A program made the translations under genes and the position numbers. Under the pieces are notes generated by a model. The model searched no databases and was not told the origin of the DNA. It saw nothing but the letters and a program-made list of their open reading frames with translations. A stretch of DNA of 64,000 bases from Patescibacteria group bacterium (GTDB taxonomy: Bacteria; Patescibacteriota; Minisyncoccia; Minisyncoccales; UBA5738), in the NCBI GenBank assembly GCA_022710775.1, contig JAKLGH010000001.1, positions 5,824 through 69,823 of the forward strand. The letters are read 5' to 3'. Below, in pieces: positions 62,976 to 64,000 of this stretch. The stretch's first letter is position 1, and each line of letters starts with the position of its first letter.

Positions 62976-63173
62976 TTATTTTTTAAGAATAAACTCGTTC
63001 AAAAGGCTGGAAAAACCAAAATCCAACACTCCAAAATAAAAAGCCATAAATAAAACAACTCCTACTACAAGCAGCGTGTAATTGATTATTTCCTGGCGGG
63101 TAAGCCAATTCACCTTTTTCATTTCCAGCCTCACTTCTTTAAGGAAGGTCGTGGTATTTTCTATGATTTTCAT
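62976..63173 (-). CDS. secE: Preprotein translocase subunit SecE
   Basis: 65 aa with FLKEVRLEMKKVNWLTRQE followed by a single TM. It lies upstream of nusG. Confidence 0.85.
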   Translation of the reverse strand: MKIIENTTTFLKEVRLEMKKVNWLTRQEIINYTLLVVGVVLFMAFYFGVLDFGFSSLLNEFILKK

Positions 63174-63317
63174 CTTTCGATTTCACAGCTTTGTGGCGGA
63201 GCCGCTTTAATTAAATATGTCCCTTTGTTAAAAGAACCCAAAGGGCCTGCTAAAAATATATCAAAATTTAGGCATTATGTCAAATTCGGCCATTGATCGA
63301 TCCTGACATTCCTAGTG

Positions 63318-64000
63318 TTAGATATCCAGGTTTTTTACGTGTTTGGCGTACGTTTGGATGAACTTTTTCCGTGGAAGCACCTCGTCTCCCATGAGCATAT
63401 CGAAAACCTTATCGGCTTCCAGGGCATCGGCCGCGGTTACTTGCAGCAGCAACCGGTTTTGCGGGTTCATCGTCGTCTCCCAAAGTTCTTCCGCGTTCAT
63501 CTCGCCCAAGCCTTTATAACGCTGGATATTCAAATTGGGCTTGTTAAATTCCTTTGCGACTTTGATTCTTTCTTCCTCGGTATAAGCGTAGCGTATCTCC
63601 TTGCCGGCCTGAATCTTATATAAAGGCGGCTGGGCAATGTATAAATATCCTTTTTCTATAATCGGTTTAAAATGGCGGTAAAACAAAGTCAGAAGCAATG
63701 TGCGGATATGATTTCCATCGCTATCGGCATCAGCCATGATGATAATGTGGTGATAACGCAATTTTTCAAGATTGAAGTCCTCCGCCACGGCCGTACCCAT
63801 GGCAATAATAAGCTGCTTGATTTCCTTAGAATCCAACATCTTATCGAGCCTGGCTCGTTCCACATTCAGGATCTTTCCGCGCAGAGGCAGAATTGCTTGA
63901 AAACGGCGGTTGCGGGCTTGCTTACCAGAACCGCCGGCCGACTCGCCTTCCACGAGGTAAATCTCGGAATCTTCAGGACTCCGCGACGTGCAATCCGCCA
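63318..64000 (-). CDS. gyrB: DNA gyrase subunit B, C-terminal part (the gene continues beyond the window)
   Basis: Toprim [52 protein letters not shown], and an ending ...VKNLDI. The frame stays open to position 64000. Confidence 0.85.
   Translation of the reverse strand, partial: ADCTSRSPEDSEIYLVEGESAGGSGKQARNRRFQAILPLRGKILNVERARLDKMLDSKEIKQLIIAMGTAVAEDFNLEKLRYHHIIIMADADSDGNHIRTLLLTLFYRHFKPIIEKGYLYIAQPPLYKIQAGKEIRYAYTEEERIKVAKEFNKPNLNIQRYKGLGEMNAEELWETTMNPQNRLLLQVTAADALEADKVFDMLMGDEVLPRKKFIQTYAKHVKNLDI

Noticed and set aside
1-64000. An alternative genetic code (UGA recoding, as in some CPR lineages).
   Set aside because: Several well-delimited genes end in TGA (for example 287..1723, sipW 19859..20401 and 15356..16642). 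All conserved housekeeping genes are full length under code 11.

Overview
All calls come from reading the sequence and the ORF track; no searches were run, and hand-counted coordinates of small features may be off by 1-3 nt. The window looks like a Patescibacteria/CPR-type chromosome segment, possibly Parcubacteria-like, using the standard code (long ORFs are intact and several genes end in TGA). Two parts are clear. (1) Positions 1 to about 28.8 kb form an accessory island, almost entirely on the minus strand, that encodes secreted and cell-surface proteins. It holds a T4SS-pilin-like fragment, thrombospondin-type-3 Ca-binding repeat proteins, a 1100-aa vWA/Cys-repeat adhesin and two SipW-type signal peptidases. 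It also holds a six-gene TasA/camelysin-like locus, two Cys-containing secreted paralogs and an AbiEii-type toxin pair. Unusual DNA architecture runs through this island. There is a RAYT (Y1 HUH transposase) gene with at least 11 copies of its REP hairpin (GTTGAGGT-CAA/TTG-ACCTCAAC), mostly as REPIN doublets. There are long phased heptanucleotide arrays (TGAACNN x26 and x30, plus TAAYC/TGATC-type arrays). A 23S-IVS/Avd-family four-helix-bundle gene sits between inverted heptad arrays. Two plus-strand paralogs of unknown function are bracketed by REPINs. (2) Positions 28.8 to 64 kb hold housekeeping genes: rplJL, mltG, a MacAB-like ABC efflux trio, tRNA-Trp/rpmG/tRNA-Thr/tRNA-Tyr, trmD, rpsP, rnc, nusB, rpmF, rnhB, dnaE, thrS, miaB-miaA, gatB, deoC-like, tmk, rplK-nusG-secE and partial gyrB. 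My best candidates for something new, in order: the SipW + multi-TasA-like fibre/adhesin operon (18.5-26.3 kb); the heptad-array/four-helix-bundle/secreted-paralog module (13.1-17.4 kb); the RAYT/REPIN system with the REPIN-bracketed paralog pair (5.8-8.7 and 26.7-28.8 kb); and a 102-bp x3 tandem repeat seeded by the 3' end of tRNA-Tyr (40.6-40.9 kb).
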